Assembly (NCBI GenBank): GCA_045837725.1
Contig: JBEWZL010000227.1
Span: forward strand, 186,001 to 250,000
Length of the DNA: 64,000 bases
Source: Vermamoeba vermiformis
Lineage: Eukaryota
Direction of reading: 5' to 3'
This document shows positions 20,634 to 36,992 of this stretch, in pieces (the stretch's first letter is position 1; each line of letters starts with the position of its first letter). A program made the position numbers and the translations under genes. A model generated the notes under the pieces. The model was not told the DNA's origin, made no database searches, and saw only the letters and a program-made list of their open reading frames with translations.

Positions 20634-23548
20634 TCAAGGATTGACAATAAAATCTGTAAACACGGTGTTATCCGTATTAAGGCCGCGAACTCTCAGGTTA
20701 TCCTCGCCGACATCCACTAGAAGTACGAACCTGAAAATTCGTTAATTAGTAAATGAATCGATAACTCTTAGTACTAACGATATTGCTATATTACTAAAAT
20801 ACTTACGTGGCCTGTTGAACTTCCTCGTGGTACCACTGTAAAGTTGGAGGTCTGGATGTGACTCCCCAAGAACCGTCGCCGATATAAACTACTCCCTTAG
20901 TAGTTGAGTTGGCAACCTAATTAAATAAATATACCTTAATATATATTGATTCTATATTTTAAAAATATGAGCAAATCGGTCACTTACTTGACCCTCAAAA
21001 ATAGGCTTGGTTCGCTTGAACGCGTGATCGTGATTTTCAAGGCCTAATGTCAAACCATACCTAAATAACCTTATTAATATACTGCCACCATAGTGTTAAT
21101 ATATTGTACGTACTTTGAAAACACGGGTTCCCAAACTCCTCTGCACGAAGCTGAAGGCTCGGAGTTGAAAGATCGGGCAGAAGGATACATTGGTGCATGA
21201 TAGATCGCCTATAATAGGGGATGAGTACGCTATTCGGGTCATAATAAAATATCGCTTCAGTACTTACTGAAGTGAACTTGACTTGAGCGGGCAAATTCTC
21301 AAACTGTTGGTTGATCCAGTTCAATTGGTCGCCATGAGGAGGCTCCAAAACCCCTATACAAGTACCATTAGCCTCTATTGGCCACCGCGTATAAGTTTAA
21401 GTACTTACATGAGTCGAGTGCCATGAGCATGAAGTGACCAATTACGTGCGAATGGTAGGTCTTCAACTCAAGCGGGGACTTGCCGTTGAGCTCCTCCTAA
21501 ATAACATATCAGTATTTCACATTCGATACGACTATAATCTACGTACGTGAACAAAGTATTGACGGTAGCTGCCAACCTTAACCTCAGCTTGCTCGAAGGC
21601 ACCTACAACGTGTCAGATACAGCTGTCTGTTTGACACTTGCACGTGTCAAAATGTCATTCAAGGACTTACCAGCCTCGTGGTTACCAATGGCAGTGACCA
21701 TAGGCACAGAGTATCCAGAAGGAGTGACCATAATTCTAGTCCACATGTCAAACCACCAATCCCAGCGACTACGGATCCACATTAGTATAGTCAGCTTTTA
21801 AAATACTAATATTACTTACGGATAACACGTGACCATGCCGTTCTCGTAGGGGATGTCGCCACCAATAGCAGCAAACAACAGCTCGTTGTTGGCGGCCAAT
21901 TTGGTCATTGCTTCGACCGCGGGATTAGCACCCATATCACCTCCCGTCACGAATGTATATCCACCTCTGTTAAGCAGTAATCAGCATTCGCCCATATATT
22001 AATAGCATAACATCAACGAACCCTAAGGGAGAAGTTCTAACTTTGCGTTCTTGCGAGTACGTGCTGGCGTCATCACCGTCACCAGCAACAAAGTAGTAAG
22101 TCGTGTTCGGAGCAAGATTGTTCAAAAATCCGTAGTAAACTGCACGAGTACGCTCTGTAATGCGCGTCATGCGATAAACACTTGCGGAGACGGAGGTCGC
22201 GTAACCGGTAATGTCCTAAAAAGGAAAAAAGTGCTAATTAATTTCCATTCTTTACCGATAAACAAAGTTAATCCAAAATTAGACTTACGCTGTGTGATTG
22301 AGTGTCAAAACGAACGGTAGGATTTTTGTAAATCTGGCCCGATTGGAAATGCACGATCAATGAAGATGAAGCGTTGGTACCCAAAGTCAAATAGACAAAG
22401 CAAGGAGCAGATCCGGCTACATTTTTCAATTAATACACGTACTACTTACAATCTTTGTACGTACCGCACGGGTCTTTATAGAAAGATCTGGTGAAGGATG
22501 AAGAAAATTGGATCGGCTCAAAAGTGATGCAAACATCGCTTGTAATTCCAGCAATAAAGAATGCAACTGCGATAACGACGATAAGAGGGATGAGCTATAA
22601 TATAAAACAAAAGGTCAGCGTTGAGGAAAATACAGGTATCAACTGGAAATTTCCAAAACTTTAAATTGAATGAATAGAAGAACCGCTAACTATGACCGCC
22701 TATTAATATCACGTACCTGCTTAACAGCGCGTTTTTTTAAGCGCTTTCGAGCGGCAATGGCCTTCTCACCGAGTCCTCGTCGTTTCATTGAATGATAACG
22801 ATGAGCTTGGACGAAGAAGTTCGTGGCCCAAAAGCCCCAAAAAATCACCAAAAAGATTGTCACCAAGATGCCGGCCACGTACCAGGGGATAAAACTCCAA
22901 GTCGAGAACGAGATCAAGAACCAAGTAAAGAAAAACGCTGTTACCGCATCCGCTGCAATCATTGCACGATGGACGCTAGGTGCGCTGTACACTGGCTTAG
23001 ATCCGTTCGACTCGGAGCTAGTATCAGCAACTTGTTTGTAGCTCTAGGTAAATAAGACAATCAATAAAAAGAACGAGTAAATAATTCTCCGATATTCGAG
23101 CAGTAATCGAGCTAATTTTCGAAGTAGAAGTTGGTAAATTCGAAAATAAATGTATGTGTACACATGACGCGCAAAGTATGAGGATCCTGATTGAATAGTG
23201 ACAAAAATAGATCCTGAATTTAACGGAGATTTATGTATATGAAACCAGCTGCCTGATCGTGATGATATGATTTCTATGCTTATCATAAATACAATAAATT
23301 ACCGAAACGTTATCGGCAATTAATTTTGGTTAATCCGAAATTATTTTTCATTTATTACTTACGCTCGCACTAGCACCGTCATCAACTAATATAGGAATAT
23401 CTTCTGATTTGCGCCATTTGAATTTAATCTTTAAGCCAAGGCTGACAATGAAAAATATGAATGCTAGAGCTCCACAAAACACGTTTGCCGCAATAAAAAA
23501 CGTGGTAGGGATCGAAATAAATAAAAGGTTGTTTACGGGCTCGATCAT
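20634..23548 (-). CDS. Membrane-anchored purple-acid-phosphatase-like metallophosphoesterase (TM helices + FN3-like + phosphoesterase)
   Basis: Spliced exons give hydrophobic N-terminal helices, LNNLAPNTTYYFVAG, FVTGGDMG, IGGDIPYENG, AIGNHEAG, FENHDHAFKR and YIGDGSWG. Confidence 0.85.
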
Positions 23549-24218
23549 AATTGGTTTGGATAGCTCGTTGTAATAAGAATTTTGGGGTCGCGATCCAACA
23601 AGTTATCCACTCTTCTCCTTCTTGTTCGCGGGAATAAATAAAAATGAAATTGAGCTCTGGTTTATCTTTGTGCTCTTTTCCTTGAATGCGGATCTGCGTT
23701 CATAAAGTTTTAAAAACTAAAACGAGCGTTCAGCAGAAAACTCCGGTTTTTTCGACGCGCGATGGCTACACAAATCAATTACTCTAGGCGCAATTAATCA
23801 CCTAACTACAGACCATTTCCTGATCCTCAAATATCCTTATCTTTACCACACGTCGGATGTGTCATTTTCGCTTTTGCGTATTTTTTGTACAAAAATAGTG
23901 AGTCACTCAGCATCACCAACGGTTAATATTAATCACTTTAAGCGCTGCTCGCTTTGGAAAGTGTTTATTGTAGTATACAATTCGACTTTTTAAACATCCG
24001 CTTGTTTTTTCGTTTTAGACGTGGTGCAGGAGTGCTCTGTATATAAGTATTATTCTCGCTACGAAGCACTCCTAAGCGACCAAATAGAACGCGGATCCAA
24101 TCCGCTCCCTCAAAATTTCTATTTTGGCCACCTGTTTCCCAACTTTGTGGTACCACGTGTTAACCGCATTCTAATAATGCACTCGGTGCTCTTTCTCTGC
24201 ATGTTCATAATTGTGCGC

Positions 24219-26653
<2,435 letters not shown>

Positions 26654-27467
26654 AGTGAGTAGATTTAATCGTCAGACTGTTTGTATATGAGCCTTTGAAG
26701 GCTAGTTATATTATAATACACTAAAATAAAACATGTAAGCTCGCTACACGGGGTATTCGCTATTTAAAACTTACAAAAAGAATGGGTGTTTGTTTACAAC
26801 AAACAAAAGTGTTGGATTGAAAGCCTATCGTCACAGACGTATAACAAGCATCTTGCTTGTGTATTATTCCTTGCTTGTTTCGAAATAAACAAACGTTTAT
26901 CGTTTTCGTAGGATTTGGCTGAAAAATAAAATTTTGACGGTCAAAAATTGACCATCAATAAAAATCCACCCAAATTCAAGGCATATTTCGCGCTCTTTTG
27001 CTAATTTATTACCATGTATGGTGCAATCATACGTCATGGAAATACTGCTGGAACCATTTGGCATCGTAACTCCGTTTCTTGATTTGGGACGTCCCTTGAA
27101 GCAAAATCCACTTTTTGTAATCTTCGTGCACGAAACGAGCTGGAAGCGTAATTAATGAACCGTTCCACGAATATTTTTACGCGAGAATTGCACGAAATTA
27201 AGCGTTGGTGCATTCTTGGCTTTCGGAACACGATCTAGATTCGTCTACTTCCGACACCACTCCCCTTACTATTTATTTGAGAATTGGCTGATATGTGGGG
27301 TAGCACTTCCAGTGGCTATTAATTTTATGGACCAAATTGCTTTGAGTTCTTCAAATGTTCGATTGATTCTTTTTTCTTTGTACCCTCAACAAAGTGAACA
27401 GAGCTCCCTGATTAACACTTTGTATATTTAACGTTAGCAATGAAGGGGCCACTACGAGTTATTTAAT

Positions 27468-28649
27468 ATGGGAAATTCAGGGAGTCTAGAAAAGAGACTC
27501 GAGCCAGATGCACCTTTAAAACCGAATCTTACGCCGAGAAAATCGAAGGAAATCGATAGAGACATATCATGCATAACTCCTATCAATATAAAGGACAGTA
27601 CTCTGTCGGAAGAGAAAAAGATCGTAAAAATTAGCATTATCGGAAGTATTTCTGTTGGTAAAAAGACGTTATTTTGCCAATATTTATTCGTAAGTAAAGT
27701 ATTATCATGATATATTTTGCTATTAGAGTATCGCAAAAAGGTTCCCCAAAATTATGTTCTTTGTTTTACGTTTCAATTTAACTGCAATATCTTTTATGTC
27801 ACTAAAACTGTCTTATCACAATATATACATATTAATCCGAATGTTATAAGGGTCGTTTGCCATCTTCAGCGGATAAAAAGCTGGATAACGAAAAGAAGAC
27901 GATTGACATCGATTCCAATTCCGTTATTTTGAATATTTTAGAGATGGGTAAGCTTCTAATACAACTTCTTCATAAAATGACGAATGATAGAGGCTTAATT
28001 ACGCATCGATCTGACTGCTGGTATTTTTAGGGTCAATGTGCGTAACCGAAGATCTGCTGGACCCGCTTATTTACTTCGCGGATGCGGTTATATTGATGTA
28101 CTCCGTCGATAACAAGAAGAGTTTCAACATAATACCCTTATTATTAGCTAAGATACTCAAGTACGTTTCCGAAACTTATTTTAGCTCCGGATCTAATTTT
28201 GGCCTCGTAATAATTGTTTGTGTCGTTTAGTCAAAAGAAGTCAACGAGCTTTCCTATCGCTATAGTAGCAAACAAAATCGATGTAGCCGAGCGCGAGGTA
28301 TGTCACAATATTAGCAACGTTAATAGCGCCGTTTTTAATCGATGCCGCTTTTTTAGATCTCACAAAAACAAGGTTCTGGCTTGGCTGAAAGGTTTGATGT
28401 ATGTAACTGATCTCGTTATATCACTTTTACACGACGTGTATGCGTCCGACTGCATGCTTATCGGAGTTAGAGTAATTCGTTAACTAATCTGGTGTTTAGG
28501 TGAACTATTTTGAGATGAGTGCGAAGAATGGCCAAAATATTGAAGCACCATTCGTTTCATTAGCTACAGCGGTATTGAACGCGAGAAGGAATTCATCGGA
28601 TCTTCCCGATAAGTTAAAGAAAAACTCTTCGTCTGCATTGTTAGCTTGA
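27468..28649 (+). CDS. Divergent Ras-family small GTPase-like protein
   Basis: Exons give MGNSGS, VKISIIGSISVGKKTL, ADAVILMYSVDNKKSF, IVANKID and YFEMSAKNGQNIEAPF. Confidence 0.8.
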
Positions 28650-28829
28650 GGGACACAAAAATAGAGCTTCAATACTTGTATATTACTGCTATTAATTTGT
28701 AAATACTTTGTTCATAAAAATTTTGTGCAGACCTCGCGACTTACATCGGAGGAGATCCTCCGTTTTAGTGTGCTTTGTGTGTTGTTCAGAAGACCTCAAC
28801 AGCATAGTTAAGGAAGTTAAAGGATAATC

Positions 28830-30456
28830 ATGTTGAATAGAGTGTTCTCACGTGCTTGCCGAGCTACTGGCTCCGTGCTTCTTAAGCAAAAGGTAAATCC
28901 GGTAGTATCTGCAACACTTCTCCAAAAATTCAAAATAAATTAACGAATATTTATTTGAAAATAATACACGTGTGTCACTTCACGGCAATATAGAAAACAA
29001 GCGATAAAAATTTTATGGGGTCCAAGCTAAACTCATTTCTGGATCTGACAAATTTCTTACTCCAGCAATTCATTTTGGTCGTAATATTTGCATTTTTATA
29101 ATATTCATATTTATTACAGCCAGTATCATCACTCGCGTCATTATTTACAGGCAGAGTTCGTGGATCAGCCAAGCCTGTCAAACAAAACCATAAAATTATT
29201 AGCCCTGCTGCAACGAAGCCCCTTATTACGCGCTTCTACTGCGAGGTTAAGGTAAAAACTTACGGAGACTCTTTCGTTATTTCTATTACAATTTCAAAAA
29301 TAACTTCTTTCAGTCACGCGATCTGTGACGTTTTTGTATTTCTAAAAAGCAGTAATTAACCATAATTTTGATAGCCTACTGCCGGGGTTGACGACTACGC
29401 AGCAAAAATCAACTATTTAATCAACAGCGGGTTCGAGAAAGATGCCATGAAGAAGTACGAAGAGATGATTGAAAACAATGTCGCACCAAATTTGGAAATA
29501 TTCACCGATCTTATTGGCATGTTTGCTAAGAAAGGAGACGCCGATCAGATTAAGAAACTTATGCTCGAGATGCAAATTAACGATGTAAAGGCTACCACCA
29601 ATATCTACAACATGCAGATTGAAATGCACATTAACAGAGGTATGCTACTTAACGATATTAATAGCATCGATAAAAAATTGAAATATAATACAGGATATAA
29701 GGGTATATCTATATTTGTTACATCAGATCTGTTTCGTGTACTTTTTCGGATCTAACTTTTGGTACCTTTTTATAGGCAGCCTTCGTGAAGCCAATGAGAG
29801 CTATCAAGAAATGCGCGATCAAGGACTCGTGCCCAACACACAGACGTTCAATATTATCATCCCTATCTTCGCTGCTGCTGGTGAAGGTATGTGACATTAG
29901 CATGCTCGCAACATTTTTTAAAATCAATTTACTTACTTAATTCTAAGCCAAAGTTAAGCCAGCAAGATAATTGTTGTTGTTAACGTTTTGGTTATTTTAT
30001 TTTGAGGTTAACGGAAAAATAATCATCCCGTATCTCCTAACGAATTTTTATTTTAAAATACGAGTTGTCGTACAAGTTCATCACTCGTAAAAGGAAATAC
30101 TAATAGTGTTGTCATTAGATATCAAGGCGATGGAATTATTCGAACAAATGCGACAATTAGGCGTGAAGCCCAACGCCACTACTTACAACGCACTGATCAA
30201 CATGTTTTTGAAGCTAGAAGAAGTCGACGAGGCCTTTGCATTGTTGGAAAAGATGCGAAAAGAAGACAATTTGCATCCGAATATGGCGTCATATTATATC
30301 TTCATTAAGAACTTGGTCGGCCGAAATGAAATTGAAAAGGCGCGTGAGTTATTTGACGAGATGAAGCAACAGCCCGGATGCGATCCGTTTTCAGTGAAAC
30401 GAATTGACGCGATGATTGCCAAAGCTGTTTCATCATCACAACAGGAGCAAAAATAA
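28830..30456 (+). CDS. Pentatricopeptide-repeat (PPR) protein, probably mitochondrial
   Basis: Presequence-like MLNRVFSRACRATGSVLLKQK, then PPR motifs such as AMELFEQMRQLGVKPNATTYNALINMF..VDEAFALLEKM. Confidence 0.85.
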
Positions 30457-30594
30457 AAGTAGATATTCCTAATTCTTTATTGGAATCAGTCACGTGATTT
30501 TCCTTAAAAGGTAAGCCTGGTACAAAGAAAATTTTTCTCGTCTTGTTTTTTTTAAAATTAGCACAAACGTATTCGAGACAGCAACACTAACAAG

Positions 30595-30816
30595 ATGAGT
30601 TTGCCTTTTCCTTTCCCTTTCACGCCCTCTATCGGCATGTTGAATACTTTGGACGGCTCTATTATTCCTTTGGGTCCTTTCCCTGCCACATCCACTAGCA
30701 ACCCTGCTCCGGCGACTACTACTACGACTACTATTGCTAGCCCCGACCCTGAACCTTATTATTCTTCTTCAGGCGCTACTGGTAACCAAGGCTATGAAGG
30801 CAGTTTGTGGGATTAA
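30595..30816 (+). CDS. Small Pro/Thr-rich hypothetical protein
   Basis: Isolated 73-aa ATG ORF with higher GC than its flanks. No recognisable domain. Confidence 0.4.
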   Translation: MSLPFPFPFTPSIGMLNTLDGSIIPLGPFPATSTSNPAPATTTTTTIASPDPEPYYSSSGATGNQGYEGSLWD

Positions 30817-31337
30817 AGTTAATTTTCGAAGATCTTCGCGTGTTTCGAAGACAATAGTTATGGCTACTGTTGGTAGAAGTGTAGACTATGAAAATAAATG
30901 ACGCAGTAATTAGACTAATTATACGTAGCGTAATTATTGAGTAAGTAGTAGTTCAAGGAGGATTGCCGAAAAGCTGCTCGAGATAATTATCGATTATTGT
31001 TAATTTCAGCTTGTGCGTAGCGACATATATCTTAAGATATTATATATAATGGATGCACAAGTTGAGATAGTTACTGGCATTGGAATTCAGAACTTGAAAT
31101 TTGTTTATCCACCGTTGCTGATAAACGATCTGCACCTTTAAAGAAACTGGATTGGTAACGTATTGAGGTCAACATTGTTCCTCCACTACGTCACTAGGTG
31201 CTATTGTGAGTCATTAGACCCGTCATCGGTTTTGGTCTTGTTTGGTGACGAGGCGGGCAAAAAAAATTGGCACAGTGGTAGAATCTTTTGCCAGCAAGCA
31301 TCACACCACAAAGGTGAAAAACAATAAGCGCGACTAT

Positions 31338-33589
31338 ATGGAGAGCTCATTGTACTTCATCGATTTGCCCTCAGAGCTGATTTTTCAGATCGTATCTGGC
31401 TTTGAGTTTGATATTCGACACGTCATCAAACTTAGAGCGATCAATCGCGCTCATTACAAAGCATTCGATGTAGAAAATATTCTACAATTATATAAGCGTT
31501 ATCCTCAGCCAAAGGTTGTAGAATTGCAAAAAGGAAAGACTTTTTAGTAAGTGTAAAAATGTTAATTTCAATGCTATTTTATTTAAATTAATTTTAAAAA
31601 AATAATAGCACGCCGTATCATCGTGGTATGAACGAGATTCTCCTCGCATTAGTCAGACAGCTCGCGAAAACAATGACATGGCCACAAATCCGGAATAGTA
31701 CGTCGTTATTCTGCCTTTTTAGGATTAAAATTACTCTAATCGAATAAATATATCTAAATTAAATTATTGGTAATCATCAATTCAAATTTGTAAGGTACAT
31801 CCGAACTTGATCCGGAAATGGTTCCGACTTTTCTTTACTAACCGATTTATATTTATAGAAGTGGCAGAGTACGGAACTTATACGGGCGCTTATGACATAA
31901 GGATAGTTGCTACGTTAACAGCGATCAGATCCAAAAACAAGAACTATTTAACAGAGTTATTGGTGGATGCGCAGTTCGAAGCCGACATTAAAAAGAATTA
32001 TAGATTGAAGGCACTATATAACTGCGTTATGGAGCCTAATGACGAAGAATACACCAAGTTTATGTTCGCACATCCGATCATGGCAAAACACCTTGCTGAA
32101 GTAAGACTCAGTAGCAAATATCTTAGCGGGCTCATTGAGGATTATGTTATTGCCATAAAAGGCAAGCCTATCAAAATGGAAATTATTGCGCAGATTATTA
32201 TGTTATTCAAGCCTGAAGAACTAGCCAGCAATTATAATTGGATCCACGTCGTCACACACGCAAAGTTCGATATGAATATTATTAATGGAATAATGGCATA
32301 TTTATCACCGCCTATTCAGATCATTTACAAGGCACAAATCAAAAAATGTCCGGATTGCCTCTACAGCGCACTTTGTTCAAATTCTTTTGCAAGCTTATTA
32401 TCATTCTGGGAATACGGAGAATTGCCTACATCACAAGCATATTATATTAATGATGCTATAAGTCCTAATGGCTTAGAATGGCTGACAGAAAATATTCGAG
32501 TGGATTCGCAAGGCTATCGTCAAGGCTTAGAATTCCTGACTGGCGATACAGAAACGGAGAAACGAGTATTAATGCAAAGTTTATTACATGCTATTGATAA
32601 GAAGAAGAACGTCATATTCATCAATAACGACCATCTCGAGATTTTCAAAAAGTTAGCGGATCTTGGTCTCAAATTGCCTTTGTGCAGTGTATCTTGGCGC
32701 AAAATTATTGTAGACTCATGTTTATGCATGAGAGACCTATCGAAGATAATTGAAGTCGTTTGGTTGAAATTTCCGGATGTGATCCGAGAATTGCTACCCA
32801 GGATCTTAGTTTGGAGCATGGATATGCCTTATTTAGAATCAGTCGCCAACGAAATAATACAACGAAGTCCTAGCTCAATATTGAACGACTTAAAAGGCAA
32901 CCACTCTGGCTACACTCTGTTGCACGGATTCGCTAATAGCCTGAAAATGGTTACTAACACTCCGGGGCAAGTACTGAAAGTGATAGACTACCTTACAATA
33001 GGCCATGGTATGTTTATTATACTCAATTTATCATATTTTAACTATTCTATTGGCTGATTTAATTTTTTTTTAAGGCATCGATTTGAATACCTTGGACAAG
33101 CAAGGAAGAGCATTTTATGATTATTTCAATGATATTTGGCATCATAATGTGCCTATGGAGAATATCCTATTGTTCGAAGGACTATTAGATCGTGGTCTTC
33201 AATTCCGCTTGCATTCTGGACGGTGGATCTCGCCGTACTGGTTCAATCCTACCTTTCAACTAAATCCGCAAGCAAGGTGCATATCTATGGCTGTTAGAGT
33301 ACGGCCAAAGAAGTATCGTTGCATCGCTACAATTTCCTACGAATTTTTTGAAGGCGAGATCGCGGATTTAAAACTCGAAGCGAACGTTTTTTGGCATCCG
33401 CTTAAAATTCCAGACACAGAGCCTAGATATGTTAATATGGAAGTAATGCCTGGCGAGTATTGTTACCGTTGGATCATTAACTTTCAACCATTTGTTGATC
33501 CGAACTTGCCAATCGTTTTCTCCAAAGAAGGAGCGCAATACAATATTTTGATAGTACCAGAGAATGCAGAGGATAGTATGACATTATAA
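31338..33589 (+). CDS. F-box-like protein with a helical/ankyrin-remnant body
   Basis: IDLPSELIFQIV...IKLRAINR F-box-like start, followed by in-strand exons 31807-33057 and 33083-33589 with GYTLLH and DLNTLDKQGR ankyrin-like pieces. Confidence 0.65.
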
Positions 33590-33786
33590 AAACACTCTTT
33601 TGTCTTAACGGATCTCAGATTTCGAAAATAAATTTCCGGATAAAGCATTACTTAAAGATTTTGCGTATTGGCCATGTCTATCTAGTACTACTACTAGTAG
33701 TGGGTAGTATTATATAAATAGTATAGTCTATGATCCATCCGAGTGATTATCTAGTGCCGAAAATTTTATTCGTTTCTCGTTACAAG

Positions 33787-34935
33787 CTACAACAGACCAA
33801 TAGGACACTTTGATTGGATTATTGAAGGGCCAGATTCGTTATATTCAGCTTTTGTGATCCAGTCAGCGAGATTCAAAGTCGTTGACAGCATCGATGCTCC
33901 AGTGAACGAGAGATCTCGCCGCAAATTCGGGTGAGGACCTGATTCGATCCTAATATGATCACTATACTCTGGTGCTAGTACTTTGAGCTCTTTGATCAGT
34001 CGTGCATCGAGTCCGCGTGTCAAAGAGTTACCACCGGACAGCACGATGTTGTTGAATAGTTCGCTCTGAATACTTGCATCACATTTCTTGATTGAACTGT
34101 AAATCATATGATGAATGCCGTCCTTTTCAATTCCGTACATTTCTGGCTTGAACAGAATTTCATTTTGAGTGAAAAGTTCGTGGTGAAATTGCCACACGGT
34201 GCCACTCGGATCTTCATAACTTGCTGCAACTTCATTCTCGGGCTTCTGCATTTCAGCATCGTAGTCTAGTGCGATATATCCGATCTTTTCGCGCATGTCT
34301 GCCACAATTTCTTGTTCAGCAGAAGTCGAGAACGAGCCCGGATACTTTGTTTCGATGTACTTTACAAGGCTGGTGCTAAGATCCTGAGCACCGATATCAA
34401 GTGTATTTAGTGTATTTATCAAGCCCTTGCCGTCCTTGACGACCATGCAGTACGTTGTCTGTCCGCCCATGCACAGTGCCACTCCAGTAGTGCGTCCAAC
34501 TGCCCTGATGGATGCGACACACGGATTCGCAAAGAAAAGTGCAGGCACGTTGAAATGTTCGAACATGATTTGTGCAGTCTTCTCGCGAGTATTTTTGGGT
34601 GTTAGTGGGTGCTCTAAGATCATCAGCGGATGTTCTTCAGGATCGCATCTGAGTTCGAAGTAAAATGAATGGTGCCAGATCTTCTGAATAAAATGCCAAT
34701 CTGCTATAAGTCCTCGATGAATAGGATATTCAATCACTAATACTCCGCATTTTGATAGCGCTTCGACGCCAACATAGCAGTCTCTTTGTCCCATCCCAAC
34801 CAAAATACCCGGATAAATATATCTTGGGTGTCCGACTAATGATAAGCACTCGGCATTAGGCTTATTATCACCTCCAAATCCAAGTTTTACTAATTGGGAG
34901 CCCAGGTCAAAGATGATTGGCCGAGGTTCGTCCAT
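33787..34935 (-). CDS. Divergent actin-like protein (paralog 2)
   Basis: Intronless 382-aa ORF with VGMGQRDCYVG, YPIHRG, ELRCDPEEHP, AQIMFEHFNVPA, FSTSAEQEIVADMREK, NIVLSGG and WITKAEYNESGPSI. Confidence 0.92.
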   Translation of the reverse strand: MDEPRPIIFDLGSQLVKLGFGGDNKPNAECLSLVGHPRYIYPGILVGMGQRDCYVGVEALSKCGVLVIEYPIHRGLIADWHFIQKIWHHSFYFELRCDPEEHPLMILEHPLTPKNTREKTAQIMFEHFNVPALFFANPCVASIRAVGRTTGVALCMGGQTTYCMVVKDGKGLINTLNTLDIGAQDLSTSLVKYIETKYPGSFSTSAEQEIVADMREKIGYIALDYDAEMQKPENEVAASYEDPSGTVWQFHHELFTQNEILFKPEMYGIEKDGIHHMIYSSIKKCDASIQSELFNNIVLSGGNSLTRGLDARLIKELKVLAPEYSDHIRIESGPHPNLRRDLSFTGASMLSTTLNLADWITKAEYNESGPSIIQSKCPIGLL

Positions 34936-35289
34936 TCTGTTGGATGTAACGCGTTACAAATCGAATCCTATTATTTCATTGAAGTATTAATAAGGAATTC
35001 AGCAGTAAAGTATTATTTGGAACTTTTTTTTTTAAGCGATCAAGAAATAATTGATTGATTAAATTGAGTGGTTTTCAATTTACTGTCCTGCATAAACTTA
35101 CTGATTCGCTTTATATTCCGAATTATACGGCCTTAATATCTAATTGTGATTTTGCCAGTGCTTGTGGTGACACGGAGCAAAAAGAAACAAAAACCAGTTT
35201 TGTTTGCATTTGAATTTGATAGCACGAAACCACGTTTCAAGTGCAATTCGGCATTAAATTAATACCATTATCGATAGCCCTAAGTGACG

Positions 35290-36992
35290 ATGAAAAAAAA
35301 GATGGAGGTAAAAATTCAGTTCATAAATCCGGATGTTAAATTTTATTTTGGTTATTCCTTCTCAAATAAATATTTGATTGGAATATATATCGTATTTTTT
35401 CCTAATATTTTAACTAATTTTAAATTGTGCAGATTGTCGTGCATGACTACGCGGAGCTTGAATTGAACCGCCTACAAAATAGAAAAAAATTCAGATTCGC
35501 TCCAACTTACGCTGCTGGAAATGGTTATATTCTTGAGTTATTTGGAGATTTTGACAATGCTAAGCTATTTATGGGAGCTTTAGAATTTGAAGATTGCCCG
35601 ATCAAACAGATCAAGTTGTCCGGGCGCAAAGATCCGGAAGAAAATCAATTTTCGTCAACACTGAAGGACATATCACCAGCTGGAGGAAAAGATAATAAGG
35701 CAGAATATAAATCACTCATTAAAAGGGCGATCAAAAGCTTGCAGAAAAATAGATCTATTACCTCGCTTATCATTGGTGGCCAATTTGATGGTTTATTCTT
35801 GGAAAATTTATCGGATCTGATCAGCGAAAGAATTAATGAAGTCATGGTGGTCTGTGGCAATATTGTGCCTTTAATCAAAACTGATGTGGTCGACACTTTA
35901 AAAATATTATCAACGAAGAAGCATATTACCAAATTAGGAATTGACTTACAAGTTACATCCGTACATTTCGATATGGATCAAGAGGAAAATATCCGCAATA
36001 GGCATAGCGAAGTTTTAAGCAAATTTCCTAATTTGGAATCGTTCAGGATGAAGATCTACGAGTTCATTTTTTCAATGCGAGTTGTTCAAGTATTGGCCAG
36101 ATCAAATAAGAAGTTACTAAATTTGGAAATTTCGATGAGAGAACTTCACAGACCTTACAGCTTCCCGAGCTTTTTTGAAAAATTTGAAGATTTAATTATG
36201 GCTAATCCTAATTTGGAAAAAATCACGATGGATGGTTTGTTCAGTGAAGTAAATCGACCTCAATTGCAAAGTTTCGCTGAACGAGTGGCATTTTGTCCGA
36301 ATTTGACGTACCTGGATCTGTCTAATAATTATATTCCTCTCGGAGTATTATCGGACATTTTAACCAACGCAAAAAACCTCAAAACTTTGGTGGGTCAGAA
36401 CTTGGTTTTGCACGATAACAACGATGACGATGAAACTGCGAAGTTTGTGGAGGTTCTCAAACACAATAATTCACTGAAAACGATGGATTTCAATAGAACT
36501 GCATTGTCTATTTTCAACGGCATCGCAGATGTGCTCAAAAATAACTCGACTTTGCAACGGATCCGCTTTAAATTGGCATCGCGAGTACCCAATGACTACA
36601 AAATCATATTAGACGCACTTAAATATAACACTAGCATCAATAGTTTTACTTGCAAATGTTTGGCGTTTGAACGGCCGCATGTGTCGGAAGAAATTTTCAA
36701 CGAAGTTACCGCTTGGGAAAAACAAGTAATTCTGCATAACAAGAATTTACGGGAATTTAACGATTACGATGCCGAACTGCGGCCCAATCGAGAACTATTC
36801 CTCAAACAAAAGATAGCCATCTGTTCGTTCATCAAAATGTTTGCTAAAAACACAGCGGGATTTACGAACTATTTACCGATGGAAGTGTGGCTTAGAATAG
36901 CCAAGTTCATGAACGCTCCTGGCTTGCGTAAAATCGATCAATTACTATTGGAGACTTTACAAAGCAACGAACGGCCAGCCCGAAAAGTCTAA
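35290..36992 (+). CDS. RNI-like LRR protein with a C-terminal F-box-like module (tandem copy 1)
   Basis: Short first exon MKKKME plus a 521-aa exon containing NLTYLDLSNN, LKHNNSLKTMDF and YLPMEVWLRIAKFM. Confidence 0.85.

Noticed and set aside
26990-27430. Possible small minus-strand gene upstream of LKB1 (an exon-like RFVHEDYKKWILL.. frame)
   Set aside because: No consistent start, splice chain or stop could be assembled, and no motif was recognised.
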